Notes: generated by a model not told the origin, from the sequence alone. A stretch of DNA of 64,000 bases from Halobacteriales archaeon (GCA_022450005.1 JAKURE010000002.1:892-64891); one strand, 5' to 3'; shown: positions 40,084 to 50,328, numbered from the stretch's first letter. Made by a program: numbers and translations.

Positions 40084-40448
40084 TCTTTTTTTGATCCCAC
40101 TTCAATTAGATCTTGGCGCATCTCTGAAATTTTATCTTCCATAATATACATAATATCATTTTTCAATACTTCTATGTCCCAACTACTTTCCGAATATTTT
40201 TCTATGGACCACATGAATGCAAATTTTGTTCCTATGAACCAGATAGTTAGGCCTAAGATTATTACGAAGAGTCCCGCCCCTGGGGATATTCGATAGTTAA
40301 TTATTGTTGGAGTATATCTTTGTAAACCAATTGGAATTAGTCCTCCTAATCCTATTCCTGCAATCACTATGGATGCAGATACTGAGGTTATAATAAACCA
40401 CAAACCTATGTATATTCCCATCTGCTTAATCACATTTGAATTTCTCAT
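40080..40448 (-). CDS. small membrane protein (3 predicted TM helices), function unknown
   Basis: 122-aa ORF with hydrophobic helices (GIYIGLWFIITSVSASIVIAGIGLGGLI...). Its stop overlaps the apt start (ATGA). Confidence 0.6.
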   Translation of the reverse strand: MRNSNVIKQMGIYIGLWFIITSVSASIVIAGIGLGGLIPIGLQRYTPTIINYRISPGAGLFVIILGLTIWFIGTKFAFMWSIEKYSESSWDIEVLKNDIMYIMEDKISEMRQDLIEVGSKKE

Positions 40449-40559
40449 ACACCCTCTAGTCTAGCGCCCCTCCACTAAAAATAATTTGGTCAGATCCTTT
40501 TCCCATCCCTGCTACCGGAAGCTTCTTTTCCCGGCTAGCCGATTTCCACAACAAGAATA

Positions 40560-42881
40560 ATGGCCACAATTTGGTTAACCGATGTGTCTAAATCCGACAT
40601 AAAAATAGCAGGGGGAAAAGGAGCTTCCCTCGGGGAAATGATACGTTCTGGATTCCCTGTCCCTCCTGGTTTTGTCATCTCCGCGTCAACTTATCGAAAT
40701 TTTATCAACGAAGCCGGAATAGCCGAACAATTATTTGACACAGTCGATGTAAATGTAGATGATTCTGACGCCTTAGTAACTGCCCATTCAAAAGCAGTGG
40801 CATTAATCCAAGGTGCATCCATCCCCCTACCCGTTCAAGAAGACATACTCCTCAAATTCGATGAGCTGGTTCAACAGACCGGCGAAGAAGACACCTTTGT
40901 TGCAGTGCGCTCTTCTGCCACCGCTGAAGATCTGCCCGAAGCATCGTTTGCAGGGCAACAAGAAACTTACCTAAACGTAAGAAGAAGCGATTTACTAGAC
41001 CGAGTCAAAGATTGCTGGGCCTCTTTATTTACCCAACGTGCCATCTATTATCGATCTGAAAAAGGATTCTCAACAGACGATGTCGACATTTCTGTTGTCA
41101 TTCAATCTATGATCGATGCAGAGGCTTCAGGTGTCCTTTTCACCCGGCATCCCTCCACTGGAGATCTCCACATGGTCATCGAAGCTGCATGGGGGCTTGG
41201 GGAGGCCGTAGTATCTGGGGAAGTCTCACCGGATAATTACATCATCGATCGGGAAAGTAAAACAATTCTCAGTCTGACCATTTCTGATAAACAAATTCTC
41301 TACGAACGCGATCAATATACTGGCGAGACTTTGAAACGTAATGTCCCCGCTGACCTGCGAGAAGTGCAAGTACTATCTGAATCAACCTTGCTAGAACTAA
41401 CAGAATTGGGAGAATTAATAGAGGGCCATTATGGGTCTCCTCAAGATATTGAATGGGCAATTTACAATGATAAAATCTATCTATTACAATCGCGGCCCAT
41501 CACGACTCTTGATACTTCTTTAAAACCTGAAGATTCTGCCCCCCCTAGTATAATTGATATCGAAGACCAACCCCCTACTTCCATTTTGGCTCACTCCACC
41601 ACTCCAATTCTAACTGGAATTGGATCTAGCCCCGGTGTCTCTTCGGGACCCGTTCGAATTATGACAAACTTAGATCACCTAGACAAAGTCGTTTCTGGGG
41701 ACATCATTGTAACCAAAATGACCACTCCCGATATGGTACCTGCAATGAAACGAGCAGCAGGAATTATCACCGATGAAGGTGGTATGACTAGTCACGCCTC
41801 TATCGTTTCACGTGAATTGGGAGTCCCTGCGATTGTTGGGACCAAGTTCGCCACGACCCAGCTAGAAGATGGAACTTTTGTTACTATGGATGGGAATTTA
41901 GGTATAGTCATGGAAGGCGATTCTCACTATGATTCCCCCTCCACTGCAAACAACACTCCTTCTACTATCCCATTTTCTAAACCTATGACCGTAACTAAAG
42001 TTTTAGTCAATATCTCTATCCCTGAAGCAGCTGAACGCGCGGCTTCAACAGGAGCTGATGGCGTTGGATTACTCCGAATAGAACATTTGATACTTTCTAC
42101 AAACAAAACCCCTGAAAAGTATATAGAAGATCACGGATCAAAAGCATATGTCGAAGAACTCATTCGTGGAATAAGCGCCGTAGCAGATGCCTTCTACCCC
42201 CTCCCCGTCCGAGTAAGAACATTGGATTCCCCGACGGATGAATTCCGCCAGCTTCAGGGCGGGGAAGAAGAACCCCAAGAGCACAATCCCATGCTAGGCT
42301 ATAGAGGAATCCGAAGATCTCTCGATACGCCCGATCTCTTTTCATACGAATTACAAGCATTCGCCAAACTTTTCGATATGGGCTATGACAATATTGAGAT
42401 CATGTTTCCTCTCATTAACGATGCAAGCGATGTATATCCTGCCGTACGTTTGATGGAGGAAGCCGGTATCGATCCCGATAAATGTACCTGGGGGGTTATG
42501 ATAGAAACCCCTGGAAGTGCCCTGATGATCGAAGAGCTCCTCGATGCTGGGATTAAATTTGCAAGTTTTGGCACGAACGATTTAACCCAATACACTCTAG
42601 CCGTTGATCGCAATAATGCTAGAGTAGCTGACCGTTTCGATGAGTTGCACCCTGCCATCTTAAAACTCATTTCCCCTGTTATCCGTGCATGCAACAATCG
42701 GTCTGTAGCGACATCGATTTGTGGACAAGCAGGATCGAGACCTCCTATGGTTCGATATTTAGTCTCTTGTGGAATCTCTTCTATATCTGCTAACATAGAC
42801 GCAGTTCAGGACGTTCAACAGGAAGTACAACGTGTAGAACAACAACTCATTCTCGATTCAATACGATTCACTAACGAGTGA
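40560..42881 (+). CDS. ppsA: phosphoenolpyruvate synthase (pyruvate, water dikinase)
   Basis: ATP-grasp N-terminus (GGKGASLGEM, VAVRSSATAEDLPEASFAGQQET), swivel phospho-His domain GGMTSHASIVSRELGVPAIVG, and a PEP/pyruvate TIM barrel (GLLRIEH, NPMLGYRG, FGTNDLTQY, CGQ). Confidence 0.95.
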   Translation: MATIWLTDVSKSDIKIAGGKGASLGEMIRSGFPVPPGFVISASTYRNFINEAGIAEQLFDTVDVNVDDSDALVTAHSKAVALIQGASIPLPVQEDILLKFDELVQQTGEEDTFVAVRSSATAEDLPEASFAGQQETYLNVRRSDLLDRVKDCWASLFTQRAIYYRSEKGFSTDDVDISVVIQSMIDAEASGVLFTRHPSTGDLHMVIEAAWGLGEAVVSGEVSPDNYIIDRESKTILSLTISDKQILYERDQYTGETLKRNVPADLREVQVLSESTLLELTELGELIEGHYGSPQDIEWAIYNDKIYLLQSRPITTLDTSLKPEDSAPPSIIDIEDQPPTSILAHSTTPILTGIGSSPGVSSGPVRIMTNLDHLDKVVSGDIIVTKMTTPDMVPAMKRAAGIITDEGGMTSHASIVSRELGVPAIVGTKFATTQLEDGTFVTMDGNLGIVMEGDSHYDSPSTANNTPSTIPFSKPMTVTKVLVNISIPEAAERAASTGADGVGLLRIEHLILSTNKTPEKYIEDHGSKAYVEELIRGISAVADAFYPLPVRVRTLDSPTDEFRQLQGGEEEPQEHNPMLGYRGIRRSLDTPDLFSYELQAFAKLFDMGYDNIEIMFPLINDASDVYPAVRLMEEAGIDPDKCTWGVMIETPGSALMIEELLDAGIKFASFGTNDLTQYTLAVDRNNARVADRFDELHPAILKLISPVIRACNNRSVATSICGQAGSRPPMVRYLVSCGISSISANIDAVQDVQQEVQRVEQQLILDSIRFTNE

Positions 42882-42911
42882 TCTATGTTCTACGGGAGTT
42901 TACACTAGCAC

Positions 42912-44939
42912 ATGAGCGCTGATCCCTTCCCCTCTAACAACCCTGCAGTTGTAACTTGTGGGCTGCCATATGCAAATGGAAATTTACACATTGGGCACAT
43001 GCGCACGTATGTTAGTGGGGATACTTTGAGTAGGTCGCTACGGAAATTGGGACAAACCACGGCATTTGTATGTGGGTCTGATATGCATGGAACTCCTGTT
43101 GCAGTAAATGCTTGGAGAGAAGGAAAACCCCCCAAAGAATTTGCTTTATCCTGGCATGAAAAATATAAACAGACGTTCCTCGGAATGTCTATCGAATTCG
43201 ATAATTATGGCCATACCGACGACGAAGTTAATACTCTACTCACCCGCGAAATCGTTAGAACACTAGATGCTTCTAACCATATTTATGACAAAGATATTCT
43301 CGTTGCATGGGACCCTGTCGAGGATCAACCCCTTCCTGATAGATATGTTGAAGGAGTCTGTCCACATTGTGGGGCAAACGCTAGGGGAGATGAGTGCGAC
43401 GATGGTTGCCAAAGACATCTAGAACCTGGAGAGATATTAAATCCCAAAAGCATAATCACAGGAAATGAAGCAGAATATCGAAGCAAATCCCATAAATTTT
43501 TCCGAATTTCCGATTTTCAAGACTATCTGCAAGAATTCATTAACAGACTCGAAGGAACTACCAATGCAAAAAACCAACCTAGAGAGTGGATCGAAGGATC
43601 TCTACTCGATTGGTGCATCACACGGAATATAGATTGGGGAATTTCTTATCCGGGCGAAGAAGAAACAGACTTGGTCCTCTATGTGTGGGTCGATGCAGTC
43701 GTCGAATATATTTCTTCAACCAAACAGTATTCCGATCGCGTTGGATCGGATCTCTTTGATTGGGAATCTGCTTGGAAAAAAAACGGAGAAATAATTCACG
43801 TTATTGGTCGTGATATCATCCAGCACCATGCAGTTTTCTGGCCAGCAATGTTGCATGGATCTGGTTACACCGAACCCCGTGCAATCATGGCTACTGGATT
43901 TGTAAATCTAAACAAAAGAGCATTTTCAACTAGCAGGAACCGTGCGATTTGGGTAGATGACTATTTCTCTGAAAAATTCAATCCCGACCTCTTAAGGTAT
44001 TATCTAGTCACCGTGGGCAGTCTTCAAGACGATATAGATTTCTCTTGGTCAAATTTCGCTGATAAGGTTAATGGAGAATTAGTCGGAAATGTAGGAAATT
44101 TCATCTACAGATCTTTACTATTTGCCCATCGCGAATATGGTGGAACTCCTAATATATCAGTAAGTGAAAATGTGAGTAAAAGAATCCAAGAAGCAATGAT
44201 GGAATTCTCCGATTCAATTAACAAATATTCCCTACGAAATTCCGCCTTGGCTGGTACTAAATTAGCCCAGTATGGAAATGCTTATATTCAGCAAAACGAG
44301 CCTTGGAAACTTAAAAAAAGCAATCCCGAATCTGCTGCCCAAGTCATTAGGGATTGTTTGCAAATATGCAAAGCAGTTTGCATTTTGCTATCTCCAACTA
44401 TGCCAAATACAACCCAAAAAATATGGAATGAAATGGGTGAATCTGGTTCTATCCATCAGGCAACTTTAACCGAAGCCCTAGAATCTCCTTCCGCCTCTTT
44501 CCAACTCCCAAGTGAGCCATTTATGCCAATTAGTGATAAACACCTCAAAAATCTCAATACAAAGCTCGATCAAAGAACAAAACCCGATAATGAAAAATCG
44601 TCCCTCGAAACTTCATTTTCTGACCGCATCTCTTTTGAACATTTCCAAAAACTCGACCTGCGAATAGGAGAAATACTTGAAGCAGAAAAGATACCCGACT
44701 CCGAAAAATTACTTTTGCTCACCGTTGATATCGGATCTGCGACCCGGCAGATAGTCGCAGGCATACAAAAATTCTACGCCACCGACGATTTAATCGGAAA
44801 ACACGTGGTAGTTGTCACCAATTTAGAAAAAGCAACCATTTTTGGAACTGAATCGGATGGGATGGTGTTGGCAGCAGGAGACTCCGCGGACTTACTCACC
44901 ACTTATGGGGAATCTTCACCAGGACAACAAGTACGCTAG
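42912..44939 (+). CDS. metG: methionine--tRNA ligase with a C-terminal Trbp111/EMAP-like tRNA-binding domain
   Basis: PYANGNLHIGH is the HIGH motif. There is a Zn knuckle, CPHCGANARGDECDDGC. FSTSRN occupies the KMSKS position. The C-terminus is LDLRIGEILEAEKIPDSEKLLLLTVDIG. Confidence 0.95.
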   Translation: MSADPFPSNNPAVVTCGLPYANGNLHIGHMRTYVSGDTLSRSLRKLGQTTAFVCGSDMHGTPVAVNAWREGKPPKEFALSWHEKYKQTFLGMSIEFDNYGHTDDEVNTLLTREIVRTLDASNHIYDKDILVAWDPVEDQPLPDRYVEGVCPHCGANARGDECDDGCQRHLEPGEILNPKSIITGNEAEYRSKSHKFFRISDFQDYLQEFINRLEGTTNAKNQPREWIEGSLLDWCITRNIDWGISYPGEEETDLVLYVWVDAVVEYISSTKQYSDRVGSDLFDWESAWKKNGEIIHVIGRDIIQHHAVFWPAMLHGSGYTEPRAIMATGFVNLNKRAFSTSRNRAIWVDDYFSEKFNPDLLRYYLVTVGSLQDDIDFSWSNFADKVNGELVGNVGNFIYRSLLFAHREYGGTPNISVSENVSKRIQEAMMEFSDSINKYSLRNSALAGTKLAQYGNAYIQQNEPWKLKKSNPESAAQVIRDCLQICKAVCILLSPTMPNTTQKIWNEMGESGSIHQATLTEALESPSASFQLPSEPFMPISDKHLKNLNTKLDQRTKPDNEKSSLETSFSDRISFEHFQKLDLRIGEILEAEKIPDSEKLLLLTVDIGSATRQIVAGIQKFYATDDLIGKHVVVVTNLEKATIFGTESDGMVLAAGDSADLLTTYGESSPGQQVR

Positions 44940-44985
44940 TAATATCTAGGCATTCTTATTTTTTCGGCCCCACTATAACTATGAT

Positions 44986-46719
44986 ATGGGGAAAACTAAG
45001 ATCGTCTGTACGCTAGGGCCTGCAACCTCCGATGCACCTACGATCCGTGGATTAATCGAAGCAGGAATGTCTGTCGCAAGAATCAACGCGAGTCATGGAT
45101 CGCCCACCGAATGGGAGCACTATATAAATCTCGTCCGAGAAGCCGAAAAAGAATTTGATAATCCTGTTTCTATACTTTTCGATTTGCAAGGCCCCGAGAT
45201 AAGAACAACTTCTTTGGACTCGCCTTTGCAGCTTGATTCTGGCGATTTAGTTCATTTTGTTGAAGGCCAGGGGTCCTCTCCCCTGACTATCGGAACTTCC
45301 CATCCACTGACTGGGGTTTCAGTAGGTGACAATATACTCCTCGACGATGGCAAAATAGAAACGACTATTGTGGAACTCACGCCCAGTTCTGTAATTGCCA
45401 AAGTGATCTCCGGGGGCGAATTAACTAGTCAAAAAGGCATCAGTATTCCCGGGGTCCGACTAAATTTGGACCCTGTCACCGAAAAAGATCATAAAGATCT
45501 AGAGTTCATCTCGTCTCAAAATGTAGATTTCATAGCAGCCAGTTTCATTCGAAATGCAGCTGATGTACTATCCGTCCGATCCTCCATGGAGAATTTCAAT
45601 CTTGATATTCCTATCATCGCAAAAATAGAGAGATCGGATTCTTTAGCAGAATTAGATTCAATAATCGAAATCTCTTATGGAATTATGATTGCAAGAGGAG
45701 ACCTTGGTGTCGAGTGCCCACTCCAAGAAGTCCCCTTGATTCAAAAAAGAATCATTCATAAATGCATTGATTCCGGAGTACCGGTAATAACTGCAACAGA
45801 AATGCTAGAATCAATGGTAACCTCCCCCCGCCCAACACGAGCCGAGGCCTCAGATGTAGCAAATGCCGTCTTAGATGGAACTGATGCAGTTATGCTATCT
45901 GGGGAAACTGCCATTGGTATTGATCCCATTGGCGTGGTCAAAACCATGAATGGTATCATATCTGAAGTAGAATCAAGCGATGAGTATGCAAACCTACTCG
46001 AACAACGCGTATCTTCAGTTGTTTCTTCCAATACTGGCGCCCTTTCTAGATCTGCACGCTATTTGGCTAGAGATATTGGCGCAAGTGCCATAATTGTTGT
46101 TTCCGATTCCGGGTATACTGCACTTAAAACGTCAAAATTTAGACCTAGTGTTCCTATTTTTGCGGTTCTCCCTTCTGATAACTTATGCCGTAGGCTTTCA
46201 CTTTCTTGGGGTGTATCTTCTAAACAAGGACTTTTGCCAAACGAACAAACATTCGAGACAACCAATCATGCCGTTTCTCAGGCATTGACCTCTAAAATAG
46301 TACACGACGGAGACACGGTTGTTGTAATTTCTGGGATGCTGCCTCATCTCTCTTGGAATACTACAAAAACACTACAAGTACACGTCGCATCTGAAATCAT
46401 TGATAGGGGCGAAGGTATAGTTTCAGGACAAGTTTCTGGCCCCCTATTCCGATTGTCTTCTTCAAATCTCGATTCCATTCCCGCAGGAGCTATTGTTTTC
46501 ATTCCCAATACGTTCGCAGGAGAAATACCCACATTAGCCAAAAAATATTCAGGAATTTTATACGAAAGCCCCGGATTAACGAGTTATGTTGCACTTATAG
46601 CTCGTGAACTGAACCTCCCCATGATAAGTGGGATCTCACTTCCTGATTCTCTTTCAAACAAAACTATTGTCACTCTTGATGGGGGACGGGGTCTTCTCTA
46701 TTATGGCAATATCCTCTGA
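44986..46719 (+). CDS. pyk: pyruvate kinase with a C-terminal PEP-utilizer mobile (swivel-like) domain
   Basis: MGKTKIVCTLGPAT, ARINASHG, IIAKIER, MIARGDLGVE and MLSGETA. The last 110 aa or so align by eye to the PpsA swivel domain (PGLTSYVALIARELNLPMISG). Confidence 0.93.
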   Translation: MGKTKIVCTLGPATSDAPTIRGLIEAGMSVARINASHGSPTEWEHYINLVREAEKEFDNPVSILFDLQGPEIRTTSLDSPLQLDSGDLVHFVEGQGSSPLTIGTSHPLTGVSVGDNILLDDGKIETTIVELTPSSVIAKVISGGELTSQKGISIPGVRLNLDPVTEKDHKDLEFISSQNVDFIAASFIRNAADVLSVRSSMENFNLDIPIIAKIERSDSLAELDSIIEISYGIMIARGDLGVECPLQEVPLIQKRIIHKCIDSGVPVITATEMLESMVTSPRPTRAEASDVANAVLDGTDAVMLSGETAIGIDPIGVVKTMNGIISEVESSDEYANLLEQRVSSVVSSNTGALSRSARYLARDIGASAIIVVSDSGYTALKTSKFRPSVPIFAVLPSDNLCRRLSLSWGVSSKQGLLPNEQTFETTNHAVSQALTSKIVHDGDTVVVISGMLPHLSWNTTKTLQVHVASEIIDRGEGIVSGQVSGPLFRLSSSNLDSIPAGAIVFIPNTFAGEIPTLAKKYSGILYESPGLTSYVALIARELNLPMISGISLPDSLSNKTIVTLDGGRGLLYYGNIL

Positions 46720-46806
46720 TCAAGTAATTTTTCATTTTTATAACTTTCTCCCCCATCTGCGATTTCCCATCGCAAAAATTAAGTCCATCACGGATAATTC
46801 GATCTT

Positions 46807-47292
46807 GTGTCTATCTCATCCAGCCCTCCTCAAGTCTCATTAGCTTTAATCTTACTCTTGGCAGGTATCGTCTTGACCACTGCAGAAGCGATAGTCCCCG
46901 GTGCCCATTTCATAGTCTTGGGAGTTGCACTTATCTCGGCCGGCCTATTGGGGGTGGCCTTTTCTCCTTTAAACAATCCCATTGCCCTTTCCATTCTATT
47001 GATAATTTTTGGTGGAATTGCCCTATACCTGTTTAGAACACTAGATATCTATGGCGGAAAAGGCCTTTTCCGAACATCGGATGCTGATAGTCTGCGTGAT
47101 AAAACTGGATATGTTGCCGAACAGGTCACTTCAAAAGGTGGAAAGGTAAACCTATATGATGGTGGATTCGACTCACTATATTCCGCTAGAAGTACTGGCG
47201 AAACCATCTCTACTGGAACAGAAATAAGGGTAGTGGACCCCGGTGGCGGAAACATGTTGGTAGTCGAACCTGTAACTGCGAAAAAATCTTAA
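46807..47292 (+). CDS. NfeD-family membrane protein
   Basis: N-terminal TM helices are followed by a C-terminal OB-like beta domain (KTGYVAEQVTSKGGKVNLYDGGFDSLYSARSTGETISTGTEIRVVD). It sits directly upstream of an SPFH gene. GTG start. Confidence 0.8.
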   Translation: MSISSSPPQVSLALILLLAGIVLTTAEAIVPGAHFIVLGVALISAGLLGVAFSPLNNPIALSILLIIFGGIALYLFRTLDIYGGKGLFRTSDADSLRDKTGYVAEQVTSKGGKVNLYDGGFDSLYSARSTGETISTGTEIRVVDPGGGNMLVVEPVTAKKS

Positions 47293-47342
47293 TTTTATCA
47301 ACATATCTATAGGCTTTAATACATAGACATCTAACCCAATTT

Positions 47343-48377
47343 ATGTTCGATTTACTACCATTGCAAATTGGATTACTCCCTACCATACCACTGTTAATTC
47401 TAGCGATTATCATCGTTACACAGATGGTCGTTATAGTAAATGCATATGAGAAAAAAGCACTAACAATTTTTGGTGAATATCGCGGTTTATTGGACCCCGG
47501 AATCCGATTCGTTCCCCCATTTGTTTCAAAAACTTATACATTTGATATGAGGACCCAAACTTTAGATGTCCCCCGCCAAGAAGCAATCACTAGAGATAAT
47601 TCTCCTGTTAGGGCAGATGCGGTTGTATACATACGAGTCATGGATGCGAAGAAAGCATTCCTAGAAGTCACAAACTATAAAATTGCAGTCATGAACCTAG
47701 CCCAAACAACACTAAGGGCGGTTCTTGGAGATATGGAACTGGACCAAACTTTGAGCAAAAGAGGAGTCATCAACACACGTATTCGAGAAGAATTAGATAA
47801 ACCAACCGATGCATGGGGAATCCGTGTCGAGTCCGTTGAAGTTCGTGAAGTTAGTCCTTCCGCAGAAGTCCAAAATGCAATGGAACAACAGACATCCGCC
47901 GAGCGACGCAGACGTGCAATGATCCTTGAAGCACAAGGACAAAGAAGAAGTGAAATCGAAATAGCAGAAGGTAATAAAAAATCAGCCATTATTCGTGCTC
48001 AAGGGGAAAAACAAAGTCTTATTTTACAAGCACAAGGAAGTGCCATTTCAACTGTCCTTCGAGCAAAGGCCGCAGAAGCAATGGGTGAGCGAGCAATAAT
48101 AAACAAAGCTCTCAACACAATCGTTTCTGTTGGAGAAGGAGAATCCTCCACGATAATCATACCCCAAGAACTCACCTCTCTCCTAGGACGCTATGGAAAA
48201 CATCTATCCGGTAGTGATATATCTGACACCGAAGATACTTTGGAAAGCCTCGATTTCAATGCCAAGACCCTCAAATTACTCGGACTAGACAAACTCGATA
48301 GTATCTTAACTGAGTTGGACAAGGATCTAGAATTAGAACCCGTCACCAAAGGAGACATGGATCTTCCCGAAAATTAA
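47343..48377 (+). CDS. SPFH / band 7 (stomatin-prohibitin) family protein
   Basis: N-terminal TM helix, then FGEYRGLLDPGIRFVPPF, DVPRQEAITRDNSPVRADAVVYIRV, and an ERRRRAMILEAQG coiled region. Confidence 0.9.
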   Translation: MFDLLPLQIGLLPTIPLLILAIIIVTQMVVIVNAYEKKALTIFGEYRGLLDPGIRFVPPFVSKTYTFDMRTQTLDVPRQEAITRDNSPVRADAVVYIRVMDAKKAFLEVTNYKIAVMNLAQTTLRAVLGDMELDQTLSKRGVINTRIREELDKPTDAWGIRVESVEVREVSPSAEVQNAMEQQTSAERRRRAMILEAQGQRRSEIEIAEGNKKSAIIRAQGEKQSLILQAQGSAISTVLRAKAAEAMGERAIINKALNTIVSVGEGESSTIIIPQELTSLLGRYGKHLSGSDISDTEDTLESLDFNAKTLKLLGLDKLDSILTELDKDLELEPVTKGDMDLPEN

Positions 48378-48457
48378 CTCTATTTTCTATACCAATTTAA
48401 CTATAGGCCGCGTTCTCGCTCAGAAGATTAATACTCCAGGAAGTTCAGTCTCGGTGC

Positions 48458-50233
48458 ATGGCCCCCTCGGTCTCGGTAAGCGTAGTCCTCCCTGCATACA
48501 ATGAATCTTCCACAATCACTTCTGCAGTTGAGGATACTCTAAATCATCTCAAAAATTTTCTCCCCGCTGGTTCGTATGAATTAATTATAGCCGAGGAGGG
48601 GTGCACCGATAACACACCTAAAATAGCATCCGATCTTGCCATCAAGCACGATGAAGTGAGACATTACCATAGTCCCTCTAGATTGGGTAGGGGGGAAGCA
48701 TTAAACAGAGCATTTGAGATCGCCAAAGGTGATACTTTAGTTTATCTAGATTCGGATCTAGCCACTGACAATGTACATCTCGAGCAACTCATAACTGAAG
48801 TTCACTCTGGATCTACGGATATTGCCACAGGATCTCGATGGTTCCCCGGGGTACAAACCAAACGTCCTTTCCATAGATCTATTTTGAGTAAAGGGTTCAA
48901 TACTCTAGTTCGATTTCTCTTAAGGTCTAAGCTATACGACCACCAGTGCGGATTCAAAGCATTCAATCGAGAGATTTTTTTTAAACTTTCCCCCTCTTTG
49001 AAAGATACTCATTGGTTTTGGGACACTGAAATTTTAGTAAAGGCACAAAAATCCAATTTCAATGTATTCGAATTCCCCGTTTCTTGGACCCCTCAAAAAG
49101 ATACCAAAGTCGATATAGCCCGAGACGTTTTTGCCATGGCAATAAATATCCTCCGACTCTGGGTCGAATTTTACATTTCTCCTCGCATAACCGCTCTCAA
49201 TTCATCCATTTTTGGTTTTTTTATCTCCTTTTTGGCTTTATTCTTGATGGGATATTATCTTGATTTAGATCTCAATTTGTTTTACACTTTTATGTCCAAT
49301 CCCATTTATCTATTACTAAGCATTTTTATCTATCTATTATCTTGGCCCATTCGGGGGATCCGTTATCAAAAAATCCTTTCCCAATTAGGCTTTCAGGAAC
49401 CCCTCAAATTCTTAACCGAATCTATATTCCTAAGCCAAACCTGCAACTTAGTTGTCCCCGCGAGGGCTGGGGATGCAGCCAGAGCATACATACTAAAGTC
49501 CAAGAAAAAAATTCCTTATGTATCTGGATTCGCTTCATTATTTTTCGAAAGGCTATTTGATCTTTTAACAATCACCACGCTTGCCGGAGTAGTTTTCATA
49601 CTAACTTCACTTTTAGGAAGTGGATCCCTTTCCTCTCTTGATATTACAGTTGGAAATATATCTCAGAGCGGTGAAATAGCAATTCAACTCGCGATTTTCG
49701 TTGCTATATCTGTATTATTTTTATTAACTTTGATACTCATATCTTCTAAAACTAAAGGAAATAGGATCTCTCAGTTACTCAAAATTTTTAGCAATGATTT
49801 GTACGCCCAGCGTTTCTCATCCTCTCTAGAACATTTCGTAGAAAATATTCAAAAACTTACTATTAATCCCGCAATTTTTGTTCGCGTTGGCGTGCTTAGT
49901 CTTATAATCTGGTCTTTAGATGTATTTGTAGCAATCATAATATTGTATTCTTTCGACCCATCCATATCCCTTCCAACCCTGATTTTCACCTGCTTCTTTG
50001 CTGTCAGTATTGGAAATTTAGCTAAAGTTCTACCTCTATCTCCTGGAGGAATTGGCCTCTATGAGGGTGCATTTACCCTTTTAGTTGTAAGTTTAGCAGG
50101 TGTCTCCCCCTCCCTCGCATTAAGCGTCGCAATTATCGATCACGCCATCAAAAATTTCATTACAATTTTAGGAGGATCCATTTCTTCATTAGATTTGAAT
50201 TTATCCTTAAAATCTACTCTACAAGGAAAATAA
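48458..50233 (+). CDS. family 2 glycosyltransferase fused to a UPF0104 / lysyl-PG-synthase-type (flippase-like) transmembrane domain
   Basis: N-terminus: VSVVLPAYNES, DxD motif LVYLDSDLATD and HQCGFKAF. C-terminus: about 8 TM helices with PARAGDAARAYIL and LPLSPGGIGLYEGAF. Confidence 0.85.
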   Translation: MAPSVSVSVVLPAYNESSTITSAVEDTLNHLKNFLPAGSYELIIAEEGCTDNTPKIASDLAIKHDEVRHYHSPSRLGRGEALNRAFEIAKGDTLVYLDSDLATDNVHLEQLITEVHSGSTDIATGSRWFPGVQTKRPFHRSILSKGFNTLVRFLLRSKLYDHQCGFKAFNREIFFKLSPSLKDTHWFWDTEILVKAQKSNFNVFEFPVSWTPQKDTKVDIARDVFAMAINILRLWVEFYISPRITALNSSIFGFFISFLALFLMGYYLDLDLNLFYTFMSNPIYLLLSIFIYLLSWPIRGIRYQKILSQLGFQEPLKFLTESIFLSQTCNLVVPARAGDAARAYILKSKKKIPYVSGFASLFFERLFDLLTITTLAGVVFILTSLLGSGSLSSLDITVGNISQSGEIAIQLAIFVAISVLFLLTLILISSKTKGNRISQLLKIFSNDLYAQRFSSSLEHFVENIQKLTINPAIFVRVGVLSLIIWSLDVFVAIIILYSFDPSISLPTLIFTCFFAVSIGNLAKVLPLSPGGIGLYEGAFTLLVVSLAGVSPSLALSVAIIDHAIKNFITILGGSISSLDLNLSLKSTLQGK

Positions 50234-50328
50234 ATTGCGCACCTTTTCAAATTTATTCTGAACTTTAACACATCCCCTGTTTATCCCTGCCCCGGATAAG
50301 CTAAATACTATGCAAGCGGGATCTTCAT

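Noticed and set aside
40532-40541. Perfect 10-bp palindrome cggctagccg about 20 nt upstream of the ppsA ATG, as a possible regulator site.
   Set aside because: A 10-bp perfect palindrome is expected by chance dozens of times in 64 kb. I found no second copy and no match to a known archaeal operator.
42383-42796. 137-aa minus-strand ORF inside ppsA, and 42905..43135 inside metG.
   Set aside because: They are antisense shadows of strongly supported genes.
46807-48377. The NfeD-SPFH gene pair, as a candidate unusual system.
   Set aside because: This is a well-known, very widespread two-gene operon in bacteria and archaea, and nothing is atypical in this copy.
50281-50299. Inverted repeat ttatcc-N7-ggataa upstream of aroD.
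   Set aside because: Six-bp arms are well within chance expectation, and I found no repeated occurrence upstream of the other aro or trp genes in the window.
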